A stretch of DNA of 62,971 nucleotides, counting the filler, from Rhabdomonas costata (taxonomy: Eukaryota): NCBI GenBank assembly GCA_019059605.1. It is 31 parts of 31 records of this genome, joined end to end, with 100 filler letters (N's around TTAATTAATTAA, not from the genome) between each part and the next. Parts side by side here need not be neighbours in the genome. Positions count along the whole stretch, not along the records: positions 24,416 to 26,349 come from JAHMHO010007222.1; positions 26,450 to 28,377 come from JAHMHO010007223.1; positions 28,478 to 30,411 come from JAHMHO010007224.1; positions 30,512 to 32,451 come from JAHMHO010007225.1; positions 32,552 to 34,486 come from JAHMHO010007226.1; positions 34,587 to 36,520 come from JAHMHO010007227.1; 25 more parts are not named here. The stretch is one strand, 5' to 3'. Shown here one piece after another: positions 25,012 to 36,478 of the stretch. The first letter of the stretch is position 1. The number at the start of each line of letters is the position of its first letter. The position numbers and the translations under genes were made by a program. The notes beneath the pieces were generated by a model that saw only the letters and a program-made list of their open reading frames with translations, ran no database searches and was not told where the DNA came from.

Positions 25012-26689
25012 CCTACCTACCTCATCCACCGTATTACATAACCACACCCACAGCCACCCCACAACCCGAAAAGCGCGATGCGCAAGTGTACAGCCGTGCC
25101 TGTTTTCATTCTTTTGTTTCTTTCCTGTGCTGCTCGCCTTGTGCTCCTCTATTTCTGTGGTCAACGTCCACCTGCTCTGGCTTACCTGTAAGGCACTCCC
25201 AAAGCGACGCGCCACAGCTTTCTTCTCGGCCCGCGACGAAGTGGGATGGATCTGCCTCTCATTAGGGGGGTTGCGCATCCGCTCGCTTCTGACTCGATAA
25301 AGGCAATGGTGTTGATTTGGCACCCCCTGTAATACCGGTTTGACTTTGTTGCTTTCGGCTTTGGGGCCGGGATTGAGCGTGCCTCGGAGATCAGAATGGC
25401 ACCTTAAATTTTGCGAGCAAGGCGAATGCCTGAAGGCTTGTCCGAATTCGACCGATCGCCGACACGGCTGAATCCTCTGGACAGACTCTCTGACGGGAGA
25501 CTGGTTAACCAGGTTTACTGGTCAAGTTCCGTATAAAAGGGAAGTCCAATGGATTGAATGGGGTGGCACGCGGGAAGTCTAAAATGGGACTCACAGTGCC
25601 TTTCTCGCCTTGCTTGTGCTGCTTGCTGCTTGTGCTGGCGGGCTTCGCTTGTACTCGGGCCACTGCCCGTTTGTGCCCCGAACCAACATCTTACCTACCA
25701 GCATTCGGGCAATCGGCTGATTGTCTTGCCTGATAGACATTTGGTGTTGGCCCGTCTGGCCTTCACTGTCCGCCCGTCCTAGACGGCTATCCGCCACGCC
25801 CCAAACGGCCTTTGTGGAACGTAACCGTCCCGCTGCAGGCCGAACCCCCTGGGACAAACCACAAACACTAGAGCCGCATTATTAATCAACAAAAACACTA
25901 AAGATAACGTACGCGAACGCGGAACGCACGCAATGATTAAGACCAAAAACGTCGCCTGCGGAATATCCGGATGCCCAAAGGGAACGCTCCCTTTCACCCT
26001 CCCGGGGTCGAAATTTTGCAATCAAGTGGCCTCTGGTTGCTAACGTAATCCATAAATAAGCATAATGAATTCTAACGAGATCCTGGAAGGGCCTCCGTCA
26101 ACGTTCACTTTTCTATGCTGGTAATTTGTGTGTTTCCGACCCCACCGCGACGGCCACCATAAAGGAATGCACGCGTTATGCTGTCGTGGGAATCCTTCCA
26201 ACCTTCTGAGTGATAATACGCTGCAACGTGTGCGGACGGCAAAGCGGCACAGGAATCCAGTGCTGCATGACTTTAATTATGGCAAGGAAAAGTGCTAGCA
26301 CGGTGTGAAGAAGAAATGCTCTGAGAAGTTAACGCGGACAAACCAAACCNNNNNNNNNNNNNNNNNNNNNNNNNNNNNNNNNNNNNNNNNNNNTTAATTA
26401 ATTAANNNNNNNNNNNNNNNNNNNNNNNNNNNNNNNNNNNNNNNNNNNNGGTTGTTGGTCCGGTTCCTCGTCATTAAATTGTGCTTAGATTTAGGCAAAT
26501 CAATCGGCAAGTGCGAATACTGGTCATAGAGTGAATGAATATGCATTAAAATTGTATGTGGGTGAGTGAGTTGATGGTGAGTGTGTATTCGTTTGAATAA
26601 GCACCACAGGCTTTCAAAACCGATCACCACGGCTTGGGTTGAGCATAACTGTTTGAACAGTTTCTGTCTCCCGATGGTTTAATCCATGA

Positions 26690-27000
26690 GCTTGTGTTTG
26701 ACGACGGCTTCGGTTTCGGGGTCAGGCCCTGCCACCGCTGGAGAGCGTCGGCGCGGAACTGGCGGAGAATCATGCCAATTTGGAGCACCTCACCACGACG
26801 CAGCGCACTGTTCTGGAAGTGTTCCGCGACATGCTGCGCTCCAAAGCCGTTGGTGCATTTTTCCTCGCTCTTGCTGCGCGTCGTTGACCTTCTTCGCTCA
26901 AATGATGTGAATATTTGTGGAATGGCCATCTGGTAGGCAGCGTTTATCACCGCAGTTCTAGTGAACTTGAGGTGATGAAGCCTTGCTGGCAAGGCTTGCC
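26690..27000 (-). pseudogene. Possible decayed non-LTR retrotransposon (post-RT region) upstream of the NRPS-like exon
   Basis: HLKFTRTAVINAAYQMAIPQ...AEHFQNSALRR...ADALQRWQGLTP loosely resembles the LINE 'Y...I.P.L.Y....LE..Q..ALR.I......DAL....GL.P' pattern. Confidence 0.3.
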
Positions 27001-27233
27001 CAACCCCCTCTTTTCCGAGCGCCTCCAGAAAAATAGGTTTTGAGAAGGGAGCTATTTCGCAGTCGTGAGGGATGCCGTTGCTCGAAGAGTGTCCTTAACG
27101 AGTGAAGTTGGCTTTATCCCATCAAGCGTATTGGCCACAAGGGAGCACCATATGCGGTGCGGCATTTATTAGAAGGGGCGATTTGGAAAGGTGTTTGGCG
27201 GGTGACATGTTCCTTTCCAACGTTGGGGGTCAG

Positions 27234-28109
27234 GCCCCGACGACAACTTCTTCAACGTCGGGGGGCACTCTCTGGCCGCAATCATGACCACCATGGAGCT
27301 CAACCGGAGGTTCAGCGTGCAGCTGCCCAGCTCCGTGATCTTCAACTGCCAGACCGCCACTAAGGTGGGTACTGCAGTGGACGCGATTGTCGCGGCTGGG
27401 AGCTCCAGTTCTGCGCAGGCTGCTACGGCCGCCGCGAAGATCGACTTGGTGGCAGAGGCGGTGCCCCCAGAGGACATCCGGGCCCCCGAGGGAGCAAAAC
27501 CCTCAGAGAAGCCCATCGGGGTGTGTGGGATACTCATTTGAATGAGAACAGGTCCCATGTCCCATCCCATGTCACGTGTCTTATATGTCTTATGTCTCAT
27601 CTCACTTGTCAGATCTCACATCTCATGTCATGTCTCGCATCTCACGTAGTTTACTTCTCGTAATCCACCTGCGATGACCCCAAATTCGTGGAGGTACAAT
27701 TTCACCAACGCTCTGTTTCCATCGAGGTTTCGTATGACAGCCTGTACTTTGATATCTTGCTGGTTGGCTTTCTGACAACTCAGGCACCTCTTCTATACTC
27801 AGGCATCCCTTCTTCAGTGCCTGTTCTCCCTCCTCCAGTTCCCTCTCCAGTTCTTTGTGGCGTGCTCCCTCCCCAGGCCCTGGTCACGGGAGCGGACGGA
27901 TTTGTCGGAAGCTTTGTGGTGCACACCCTTGTGGAGCTGACCGACATCCCTGTGTACTGCCTGGTGCTCAGCGAGAGCGAGGATGACGCCAAGGCGCGGA
28001 TCACCCGCGCCCTGCAGGCCATCGAGCGGTGGACCCCCGCGTGCGAGTCCCGGCTGGTGGTGCTGCCGGGAAACCTCGCAAAGCCAAAACTCGGACTCAC
28101 TCCGGAGAG
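27234..28109 (+). CDS. NRPS-like / carboxylic-acid-reductase / Lys2-type enzyme: carrier (T) domain plus thioester-reductase (R) domain, 2 exons, partial
   Basis: Exon 27234-27520 reads PDDNFFNVGGHSLAAIMTTMELNRRFSVQLPSSVIFNCQT (phosphopantetheine site GGHSL). Exon 27877-28109 reads ALVTGADGFVGSFVVHTLVELTDIPVYCLV...RLVVLPGNLAKPKLGL (NAD_binding_4 motifs). Confidence 0.9.
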
Positions 28110-28241
28110 GTTGAATTCCCGCATGCCGCTGCTGTGAGTGAGTTCGTGTTTTAATCGAGTGTGACGTGCGTTCTTTGCGGCCGAATCAAGTGTAAACGCC
28201 TGCAGATATTGATTGAATTGATACATTCGTTTGTGTGGGGT

Positions 28242-28369
28242 GGCAGGTTTTCCTCAGTCGTTGACTTGTGTCTGCTCTTAATATTTCGCTTACTGGAATG
28301 AAGGTACTTTGATTCCAGTAAGCGAAATATTAAGAGCAGACACAAGTCAACGACTGAGGAAAACCTGCC
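28242..28369. repeat. Terminal fold-back inverted repeat (58-bp arms 28242-28299 / 28312-28369)
   Basis: Perfect arms at the contig end. Confidence 0.9.
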
Positions 28370-30511
28370 CCCAACACNNNNNNNNNNNNNNNNNNNNNNN
28401 NNNNNNNNNNNNNNNNNNNNNTTAATTAATTAANNNNNNNNNNNNNNNNNNNNNNNNNNNNNNNNNNNNNNNNNNNNTTTTCAGTTTTCCTGTCTGTATT
28501 CCCTGCTTTTAACCGGTTTTGGTGATGAACGAGGCGGGTGCCCCAGCACCCATGTACCAGCAGCATCAGCAGCAACCCCCGCAGCAGATTCAGCCTCATG
28601 TATCAGATTATTGCCTTCATTTCTCAATCTCTTTCTACGGTACTTGCTATCGAACGGACTGTTTGATTGCTTGATGCTTTATGGTTCTTGTTTGACCTTC
28701 ATGCTTTTGCTTTCTCCAAAGGGTCGAATTAGAAGCATCAGCAGAAATTAGGCCTCCAAGGCCTTATTTTTTGATCTGCAGGAAGGAGGGCTTTGAGCCT
28801 CAACAAAACCTCTGTACGCCTATTCCCGGAGACGGCATTTCTCCAAGGGTGAAACTCGTTTTCAGCTGCCGCCCCCCCCCACCTACCCACCCACCAGGCA
28901 GTGTTGATGGCACATGACTTGCCTCTTTCAGCACCAACACTGGCTGAAGATGGAGGGAGGAGGGGAGTTCGAAGCCAGCCACTATTGCATCCGGACCCCA
29001 TATGTATGGAAAAGACATTTTTGAGCGAAGACTACCTCAATGAAGCCCCAAAACAAGGAAAAACCGGGTTTCTTCGAAAATGATAACTGAGTTTTTGTCA
29101 CATGCTGCTGATCGGATATCCACTGTACTCTTTTTGTTTCACTTTTTCTTTCCTTTTTGTAGGGGTCCATTGGCCTGGGGATTCCCCAACTTGAACTGGA
29201 GGTGTGTTTACCGTGCCGCGCGTGCCCTACGCACAATGGAATTGGCATAGCTTCACTACTGTACTCCCCCTAAGTGGGAACACGAGCAAGGCTTCCTAAC
29301 CCCCTGCATGGTGTTTATTGGAAATCCTGAAGCATGCAGTGTAAAGGGAGTGAAAAAATAGGCACAATCACTGAAAATAGCCGTCCCGAATGTGCTCGCA
29401 CAGTTTTTAAAGGGCAAAATCTTCTATTGGAATCCCACGGAACACGTGCGTCGCCCTCTAACCCCCTGCAAAAGCTCTTATTGGGATCCCAGGGAACACG
29501 AGTAATAGCTAAACTGGGGAGTATTATAGCCATAGCCGCAAACCACATTTTGGGCATTCAGCTGCAGTAGGCACAACAGTCTTGTATTTGCTGAGCCATT
29601 GCCTCAGTTTTCGATCATCATTCACAATCTCTGAGGCATCATGAAGCTTAAGCATCGGCAAAAAAATCCTCTGTCACACAGGGGGAGAACACAGGTAAAG
29701 GAGTGCCGGAATTTTCATATGGTAAGGTCTCTTGCCACGTTGCTCCAGTCTGGGAATTTGCACAATGATAATAGAAAATCCCAATAATTGTGGGCTGAGG
29801 AACGGTCTTCATTTTGACTAGAATTGGAAGTGTAGCAAGCTTGCCAAAATACCGGGAGTTAGTTAAGTTGCCCTTATCCCTTTATGAACATAAAGCTGGT
29901 ACGGGGTAAAATAAACCTTTCTCATTTTTATTTCTAGAGAAGGATTGGAAGGCACGTATGGCAATAACCCAGGAGATTATTTCTCTTATTCTTGGGTACT
30001 AACACTGGAATTTCCGCAAGATCCGACAAGCTGAGTAGTTGCCACGAGGTTCGGCTTGTGGAACGTCTCAGCTACCCTATCCTACCGTACGCTACCCAAG
30101 CTGAGAGGAAGATTAGGGCCCACGTGGGCTGGCTGTGGACTTGTCTCAGAGGGGTGCGTCTCAACGTTGCCAACGGTTTGCAGAATATTTTCTTGCTCGC
30201 CCTTTAAGCTGGCACCTCTGCTTTTTTCCGTATGGACACTTTGCAACTGTGCCACTCATCCCCCCTCCGCTTCAGAGGCAGCAGGAGGCCCAGCGGGATG
30301 CCTCCATTCTGAAGCAAGTACAGGTGTCTCCTTCCCGTTCAGCCGACCAGGGAACGTAGTTTTTTTTCTGCCCTACAAACGCTGTTTTTGATTTTGTAGG
30401 GCAACAAAAAANNNNNNNNNNNNNNNNNNNNNNNNNNNNNNNNNNNNNNNNNNNNTTAATTAATTAANNNNNNNNNNNNNNNNNNNNNNNNNNNNNNNNN
30501 NNNNNNNNNNN

Positions 30512-32412
30512 GAAGGGCGGGGGGGTTCGCAGCTGCAATGGGTGGATGCCTTTCCTCCCGATTGCCACGCCAACGCGAGTGCAGGACACCAGTGTCATGC
30601 GGAGACTTCGGTGTTTCTTGTCGTAGCGGATACCTTTACTCTCAGCGAGGATTCCGTTGCCATCTTTGGGATGTGGGGCAAACGGAGGCGGCAGCCTTTT
30701 GAGAGGTTCCATTCCCACCTCCCTGCGCTGGACTTCCGTGCTCTGTGGCGCACTGAATCACAGGATCCCCGTGCTGCCGCTGCCTTTGTGACCGCAAGTG
30801 TATACATGATTCGATTCTTCGACCCCTTTAACTGGTTTGAAGCGGTGTGTCGCTGGACCACACCCGTGTTTCCTCCCCGCTCGTCGACCTACATTACTAT
30901 CAAAGGTGTGTCCTGTGAACAATATTTTCCAGATTTTGCTGTCATCTTCTTGTTTGACGTAGGGACAGTTGTGTCTGTGTATTCATGGGAACCTTCTTAA
31001 CTCGCATCACTGTGTTTTCTGGCGCGTTTGATGCACTGTTTCGATCAGTACTAAGAGAGCTAAGCCGAAGCAGGACTAGAGTCTGTGTATGCAGCAGTCC
31101 TGCCAAACCGGCCGGTCGTTTCCTGACCTTTCACCTTTAGCCGGGAGTAGTCTTTCATATCTATACACTTACATCTCCATATAGATATAATAATAAATAT
31201 AATAGTAAATCTAAAGTATAAAAGTAAATCTAACTCTATTTACATCTATTCTTGCCCTCAGCGGAGGTTTATGGCAGCACCCACAACGCGTTTACAAAAC
31301 AACCCCAAAGGAGCTCGGTAACTGGCTCTTGGCCGCCTGCAGCCCACCAAAATAAATGTCATCTGCATCACTGCTTCACTTTAACCCCGCGTTTACGAAC
31401 GTTCTGTAAAACGTGGTGACCGGCCAAATATAACTGTTTTTTCCTCTCGTGGTTGGTTCTTTCGCTGTCACTCAGGACGTCAGCATTATGTGGATGGATG
31501 GACGGACGAGTTTGACTGCTTGTTCACTTGATTTTTCAGGATCAGCGGTTGTGAAGAAAGTTCTGGTGCGGGGCTTTGAACCCAGGCCGGAACCGACGTC
31601 GGGACTCGCGCTTTGCCTATCGCAGTTTCACAATGAGATCTCGGAGCGTGTCCTCGTGGAGTTTCTCGAGTATTACAGAGCTCTCGGCGCCACCGAGGCG
31701 CTTATCTATGACTTCGACCTTCGATTTCACATTCTCAGGTAGAAGCCAGGTCAGGACGCAGGCTGCGTAGGCTAGTGAACTAATTGGCTATATTTTGGCG
31801 GTCTCATTTCATTAACCCTAAATAATTTTCATGTGTGTCGGAAGAAAGTATTTTGCCTCAGGTTCGTTTTGCCTGGGGTGGACTGCCTCTTGAGCCCTTT
31901 AAATTGCAAGATGTCTTGTGGGCGACGATTAACGCTTGGACTTCCACCAAACCTAAGCTCATGTGCAAGCGGCCCGGGTCCAAGCCCGAGGAAGTATGTG
32001 GCACTGTGCAGCGGAAATAGCTCCGCACAGAAAATCGAGCAGACGTGCACGCAAGAACAGTCATACTCTTAGTGCGCCGTTGTAATTCGGGGTTTGCTTT
32101 TTGCACAGAAGCCAAAAAGAAGAATCGCTTTCCCTATTCGGTATTCTCGAGATGTGTTTCTCTTCCGTTTTGCGGTGTGCCAAACTGGAAGGCACTTTCT
32201 CTTCTTTCCAAATCCAAGCAGCTACTCAAAGTCATCGCAAGTGTTCTTCCGTCTCCAGAGTGGCCCGCGAGTACCAGAGGCGGCGAAAGTTCCGCCTCAC
32301 CCTGCTGAACTGGGCCCCCGTGCAACGCTACCCCAGCTACTGCCGCGGGCAAGTCCTGGCCCTCAACGACTGCTTCACGCGTGCGAGGCGCACCTCACGG
32401 TACCTTCTGCAG
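30512..32412 (+). CDS. Glycosyltransferase family 92 (DUF23) protein, 3 exons, partial
   Basis: Exons ..30905, 31540-31738 and 32259-32412 are in phase. LALCLSQFHNEISERVLVEFLEYYRALGATEALIYD and LLNWAP..YCRGQVLALNDCFTRARRTSRY match the GT92 motifs 'C..P......EW.EY...LG.....Y' and 'Q.....DC..R'. Confidence 0.8.
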
Positions 32413-32422
32413 GTTTCAGTGT

Positions 32423-32451
32423 TGTGTGTGTGTGTGTGTGTGTGTGTGTGT
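32423..32451. repeat. (TG)n microsatellite at contig end
   Basis: Read directly from the sequence. Confidence 0.95.
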
Positions 32452-33072
32452 NNNNNNNNNNNNNNNNNNNNNNNNNNNNNNNNNNNNNNNNNNNNTTAAT
32501 TAATTAANNNNNNNNNNNNNNNNNNNNNNNNNNNNNNNNNNNNNNNNNNNNTTTGTTGGCATTGTCGCAGTCAACTGAGTATGTTCCCCTTGTTCATTGA
32601 GTATGTGTCCCGTGGATAGAGTTTGGAGGCAGTACATTACAGTGGTGCGTGCGTGCGTGTGAACAGTATTTTCACAACACCTTGAGCTGAAGATTTGTCG
32701 GCAACGGGTTGCGAGGGGATTGGTTGGCAACGATGCTAGGGGGAAATAGTATGGCAGAGCGGGCCACACAGCGAGTAAACGAGAGGGGGGGGAACGGAGG
32801 AGGGAACTGTGGGAGAGAGCGAGGGAAGGAGGTTCCAAAGATTGCGGCGGAAGATTCAGAATCTGAAGCACTCGGTGATGAACAACGTCGAGTAGCTGCG
32901 CGCTTGTTTCTCCCAGAAAGGGGAATGAAGCAGCCAGCGAAGCTCCCTTGCCACACCCATTTCCACATTCCTCATCTAAAGACAGAGAAGAAGAAAACAT
33001 GCTCCGTCGAGGGTCACAATCACGAATTGGCCCTTGGGCATCGAACCCAGGGAGAGAGAAGGCCCTCATTAA

Positions 33073-33105
<33 letters not shown>

Positions 33106-33661
33106 GTGTGTGTTGTGTGTATCTTTTGATCTCGCATCACAAAGCACTTTTAAACAGCCGGGCGTAGAGTCAAAAGGACAGAGTGTCGATTGAAGCTGGT
33201 GTACGCTGTCTGCTGTCTGAACGAGAAGGGCTTGTCTGCCCCTTCATGCGTGTGACTTTTGGGCGTTCTATTTCTTCCCGTTAACACTGAATCAATTGGA
33301 CCGTTTATCAGCCTTGAATTGGATGACCCAAAGCGGTGAGGTGATCTGAGTCATCAGTTTCGTTTTGTTTCGTTTCGGTTTGGAATCCAACCACTATTTC
33401 CTAATCAGGCCACGTTCTGAGTTTTGTTCCCAACATATGTGACTCACTATTATTTGTCAACACCTTTGCACATGTCTTCCTAGTAACGAACTGGTCAACA
33501 CCGAAAAGACTTCTCCTATCTAAGCAACAGCTGTTGTTTTTGGAAACGTGCCGATTTTTGCAGCGTTGCGGCGTTTGTGTTGTGTCAGATATGGGATCCC
33601 CGTCCTTTTTCAAGCTTTAATGACGCCTGAACTGTGCTCGGTGGCTCTACGGCTTCGCCAG

Positions 33662-34204
33662 GACGTCCGTGAGATCCTATCCTATGGCGCTCGTGTCGCT
33701 GGAAGTGGCTCCTGGGGTCACCAGCGCACCAGGCACTTCCTTACCAAAGTAAGTCCTGTGCACATCTCCATTTCGGTTTTCTGTCCCGCTCCCTTTTCCC
33801 TTCACACATATACATCCACGTGCACTGCGGCTGTGTTCTGTCCCATCCTTTTTGGCTGACCCCAACACGTCACGCTGTAGCTAACTTCAGTTTCCCTTAG
33901 AAATCCGAAGTTTTCTCTCACTCCCTGACACGTGTCAACGCGCACCCACCCGCCGCACGCTGGTGCCAAATTGAGATTGTTGCCCTCTGCCAATGTCGGA
34001 CCGGGCAGATGATTTTTGTGGCGTATGGTTTTCTTGTTTTCATCTTCGAGTGGTCTGTCCGTCATGTTGCTTGCGGTCATGTTCGCAGCGTGTCCGGCAA
34101 TGTGAGGGGTGGAGGACGGACCTTGATAGCTTTTCTCAGCCAACGGTGTTGGGCGAGCGCACCTTCCACAACATCGTCTGCACCCTGCCGCTCTCACCAG
34201 AAGG
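33662..34204 (+). CDS. Glutaminyl-peptide cyclotransferase-like (peptidase M28 fold), 2 exons, partial
   Basis: Exon 33662-33748 (DVREILSYGARVAGSGSWGHQRTRHFLTK) and exon 34089-34204 (RVRQCEGWRTDLDSFSQPTVLGERTFHNIVCTL) match the QPCT pattern 'R..GS.G....R..I....W.VE.D.F...TP.G...F.NI.ATL'. Confidence 0.7.
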
Positions 34205-34639
34205 GTACCCCACGTTTTTTTCCCCTGCAACGCGTTTGATTTTTTCGCTTCGACGACCGCTGCAGAAACTTTCATCTGCAGCAACCATTCCCAAAACAGA
34301 GGAGAGGCTGTTGCTTCAAATTGTATGCACCACACTGGTTGTGGCTGTTATTCAAGTTTCTGCGTATTTGCCTCCCTATATTGGTTTCCATCACTTTTGT
34401 CGAGAAATTCTACACCTGTGCTTCGTTTTCCAGATGAGCGGTGAGGTGTTCTTTGTGTGTAGGGACCCCGCGGCCCCGGGGCGGTTNNNNNNNNNNNNNN
34501 NNNNNNNNNNNNNNNNNNNNNNNNNNNNNNTTAATTAATTAANNNNNNNNNNNNNNNNNNNNNNNNNNNNNNNNNNNNNNNNNNNNGTGGGTGTTGTATA
34601 TACTTAAATATATAAATTATAGATATTTACGATATTGTA

Positions 34640-34675
34640 TTTTATATATTTTAAATTTTTTTTTGGTATATAAAA
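34640..34675 (-). terminator. AT-rich hairpin 3' of ORF 34727-35032
   Basis: TTTTATATA (34640-48) pairs with TATATAAAA (34667-75). Confidence 0.45.
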
Positions 34676-34726
34676 GTTACGGCATCTGCAAGTTTGCCGT
34701 AAGAACAAACGAAGAACCGTTCACAG

Positions 34727-35032
34727 TTAGTTTGTTTTTAAGCTTCCGCTTCCCTGGCCGTCAGCACGTTCCGAAAGCGCATTTCGTATGTCATCAGTTT
34801 CTGCACGAAGCGCGATAACATCCTTGAGATGTGCCAGTTTATGAATGCGCCTGTACTCCTCCAACGCATTCTTGGTGTGGGTCGACCCGTGAGATCCTAT
34901 GTACAGGATGCGAATGTCTGTTGGTGTTATTCCTTTCGGTATGTACTCTTCCAACACAAAATCAGGAAACATCGTTTGAATCTCCAAGACGATTCCCTTT
35001 TCTGTTCTGGCCTCCACTGTTCTGTGTGCCAT
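34727..35032 (-). CDS. Hypothetical protein (101 aa), paralog of 35384-35869; virus-like cassette
   Basis: Intronless ORF in an AT-rich context. Shares EI..MFP...L......I.P.D...LY.G..G......A.EEYR..H.L with its neighbour. Confidence 0.8.
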   Translation of the reverse strand: MAHRTVEARTEKGIVLEIQTMFPDFVLEEYIPKGITPTDIRILYIGSHGSTHTKNALEEYRRIHKLAHLKDVIALRAETDDIRNALSERADGQGSGSLKTN

Positions 35033-35076
35033 TTCTTTACTCAGTGAATCTGTTGTTTTGTTAAAGTTTTAAAAGC

Positions 35077-35109
35077 CGTCGATTACTACGCGCATACTAT
35101 GATCTAATA
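35077..35109 (-). promoter_or_regulatory. Conserved upstream element copy 1 (TATTAGATCATAGTATGCGCGTAGTAATCGACG)
   Basis: 33/33 identical to 35898-35930; lies 44 nt upstream of ATG 35032. Confidence 0.7.
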
Positions 35110-35288
35110 CAATATATAAGAGGTTTACAATAATTGATTTTTTCAATTTTTATTAATGCACAAAATCAAAATTATCTTCTTATACAATATACTCGATTCA
35201 ATCTTGATTAAATGCTACTTTTACATTTTCAGGTATCCTTGTGATTGCAATAACTTAATAAAATAAATTTTTTAGTTGTAAAATATAA

Positions 35289-35324
35289 TTTTTATATATC
35301 AAAATTATTTTCGGTATATAAAAA
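35289..35324 (-). terminator. AT-rich hairpin 3' of ORF 35384-35869
   Basis: TTTTTATATA (35289-98) pairs with TATATAAAAA (35315-24), with an inner AAAAT/ATTTT stem. Shares GGTATATAAAA with the 34640 hairpin. Confidence 0.5.
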
Positions 35325-35383
35325 AGTCATCACCAACCTGTGATGATCCACCGAAAAGCACAGCTCAGACCAAAAGGAAAAAT

Positions 35384-35869
35384 CTAGTGGTTAGAACTGT
35401 ACAGTTTCTTTTGTGCATCCACAAAGTCAGACCATGCAGCCGCTGCTCGAAAACGAAGATGATAGAACTCGGTAAACTGAAATGCACGGAGTGCAAGTCC
35501 GTAATTCTCGTCACTAGCAGATTTGAGTACAGCAGCAACCGAATCTTCCGTCAAACCATGAAAACATCGATATTCTTCGATTGCATCCGGTAAACCACTT
35601 AATCCTTGCTTTCCTCTGTACAGCATGACGAGATCTTCTGGTTTGATATCGTCGTGAAGATCATCACTCAACTTGAGCTTTGGAAACATCTCGTGGATCT
35701 CAACCATGAAACCTTCATACTTGGCGAATGCCTCCTTCGCCATTTGTGCTGATGCAGTTCTTTGTGCTTGTGCAGCACTTTGTGCTGGCGCAGAGCTTGA
35801 AGCTGAACCAGATTGCAGCATGTTTGGATTCCCACGACGAGATGAACGAGTAGGACGAGTAGGAGGCAT
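35384..35869 (-). CDS. Hypothetical protein (161 aa), paralog of 34727-35032; virus-like cassette
   Basis: Intronless ORF with the same core motif, the same upstream 33-mer and a downstream hairpin. Confidence 0.8.
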   Translation of the reverse strand: MPPTRPTRSSRRGNPNMLQSGSASSSAPAQSAAQAQRTASAQMAKEAFAKYEGFMVEIHEMFPKLKLSDDLHDDIKPEDLVMLYRGKQGLSGLPDAIEEYRCFHGLTEDSVAAVLKSASDENYGLALRAFQFTEFYHLRFRAAAAWSDFVDAQKKLYSSNH

Positions 35870-35897
35870 CTTGTTTTTTTGTTGAAGTCTTGAAATT

Positions 35898-35930
35898 CGT
35901 CGATTACTACGCGCATACTATGATCTAATA
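35898..35930 (-). promoter_or_regulatory. Conserved upstream element copy 2
   Basis: 33/33 identical to 35077-35109; lies 28 nt upstream of ATG 35869. Confidence 0.7.
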
Positions 35931-35962
35931 ATAATACAATTGTGTTAATTGTGCATTGTTCA

Positions 35963-36010
35963 TTATTAAATATATCAACATTATCAAATATATCATCATA
36001 TATTTAATAA
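35963..36010 (-). terminator. AT-rich hairpin 3' of ORF ending at 36025
   Basis: 13-bp perfect stem TTATTAAATATAT (35963-75) / ATATATTTAATAA (35998-36010). Confidence 0.5.
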
Positions 36011-36024
36011 AAAATAAATATATT

Positions 36025-36478
36025 TTACCAGTTTCTACCTGGAATATCACCAGATCCACCGGCTGGATCTTTAAGAATCATACCAATACTTCTTTCGGTC
36101 GGTTCACCGTAAAATCTGCTCCCGTCCTGTCCCCATTGAACACCACCACCACTGACAGCTAATCTGCGAGCACCTAAAGTATAATTAATATTATCTTTAT
36201 CTAAAAGAATAGGTCTATTGTCAACAAGAGCTGTTTTACTGTTTACACGTAAAAAATTTGTAGTTACAGTATCAGTAACACTAGCACTATTAAGAGTTGC
36301 ATTATTATGTGCGACAATAGTATTTGTATCTATGGTATCAACATTTAAAGTACATATACTAGGATTTGAACCACTAGGAGCAAATGTTATTTTTACCGTC
36401 ATCACCGAAAGATTGTACATAAGAAATATTATTAGGTATGTTATTAAATGCTACATAACTAGTAGCATAACTTAACAT
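36025..36478 (-). CDS. Asn/Thr-rich fibre/structural-like protein, probably frameshifted at the T5 run 36390-36394
   Basis: Very AT-rich codons. The upstream frame MLSYATSYVAFNNIPNNISYVQSFGDDGK joins ITFAPSGSNPSICTLNVDTIDTNTIVAHNNATLNSASVTDTVTTNFLRVN..GRNW* if one A is removed. Confidence 0.5.

Noticed and set aside
27555-27646. CATGT/CTCA(T/C) iterated tract
   Set aside because: Degenerate intronic pentanucleotide microsatellite.
29276-29502. Repeated TATTGG.ATCCCA.GGAACACG words
   Set aside because: Two to three diverged copies of a small local duplication with no further structure.
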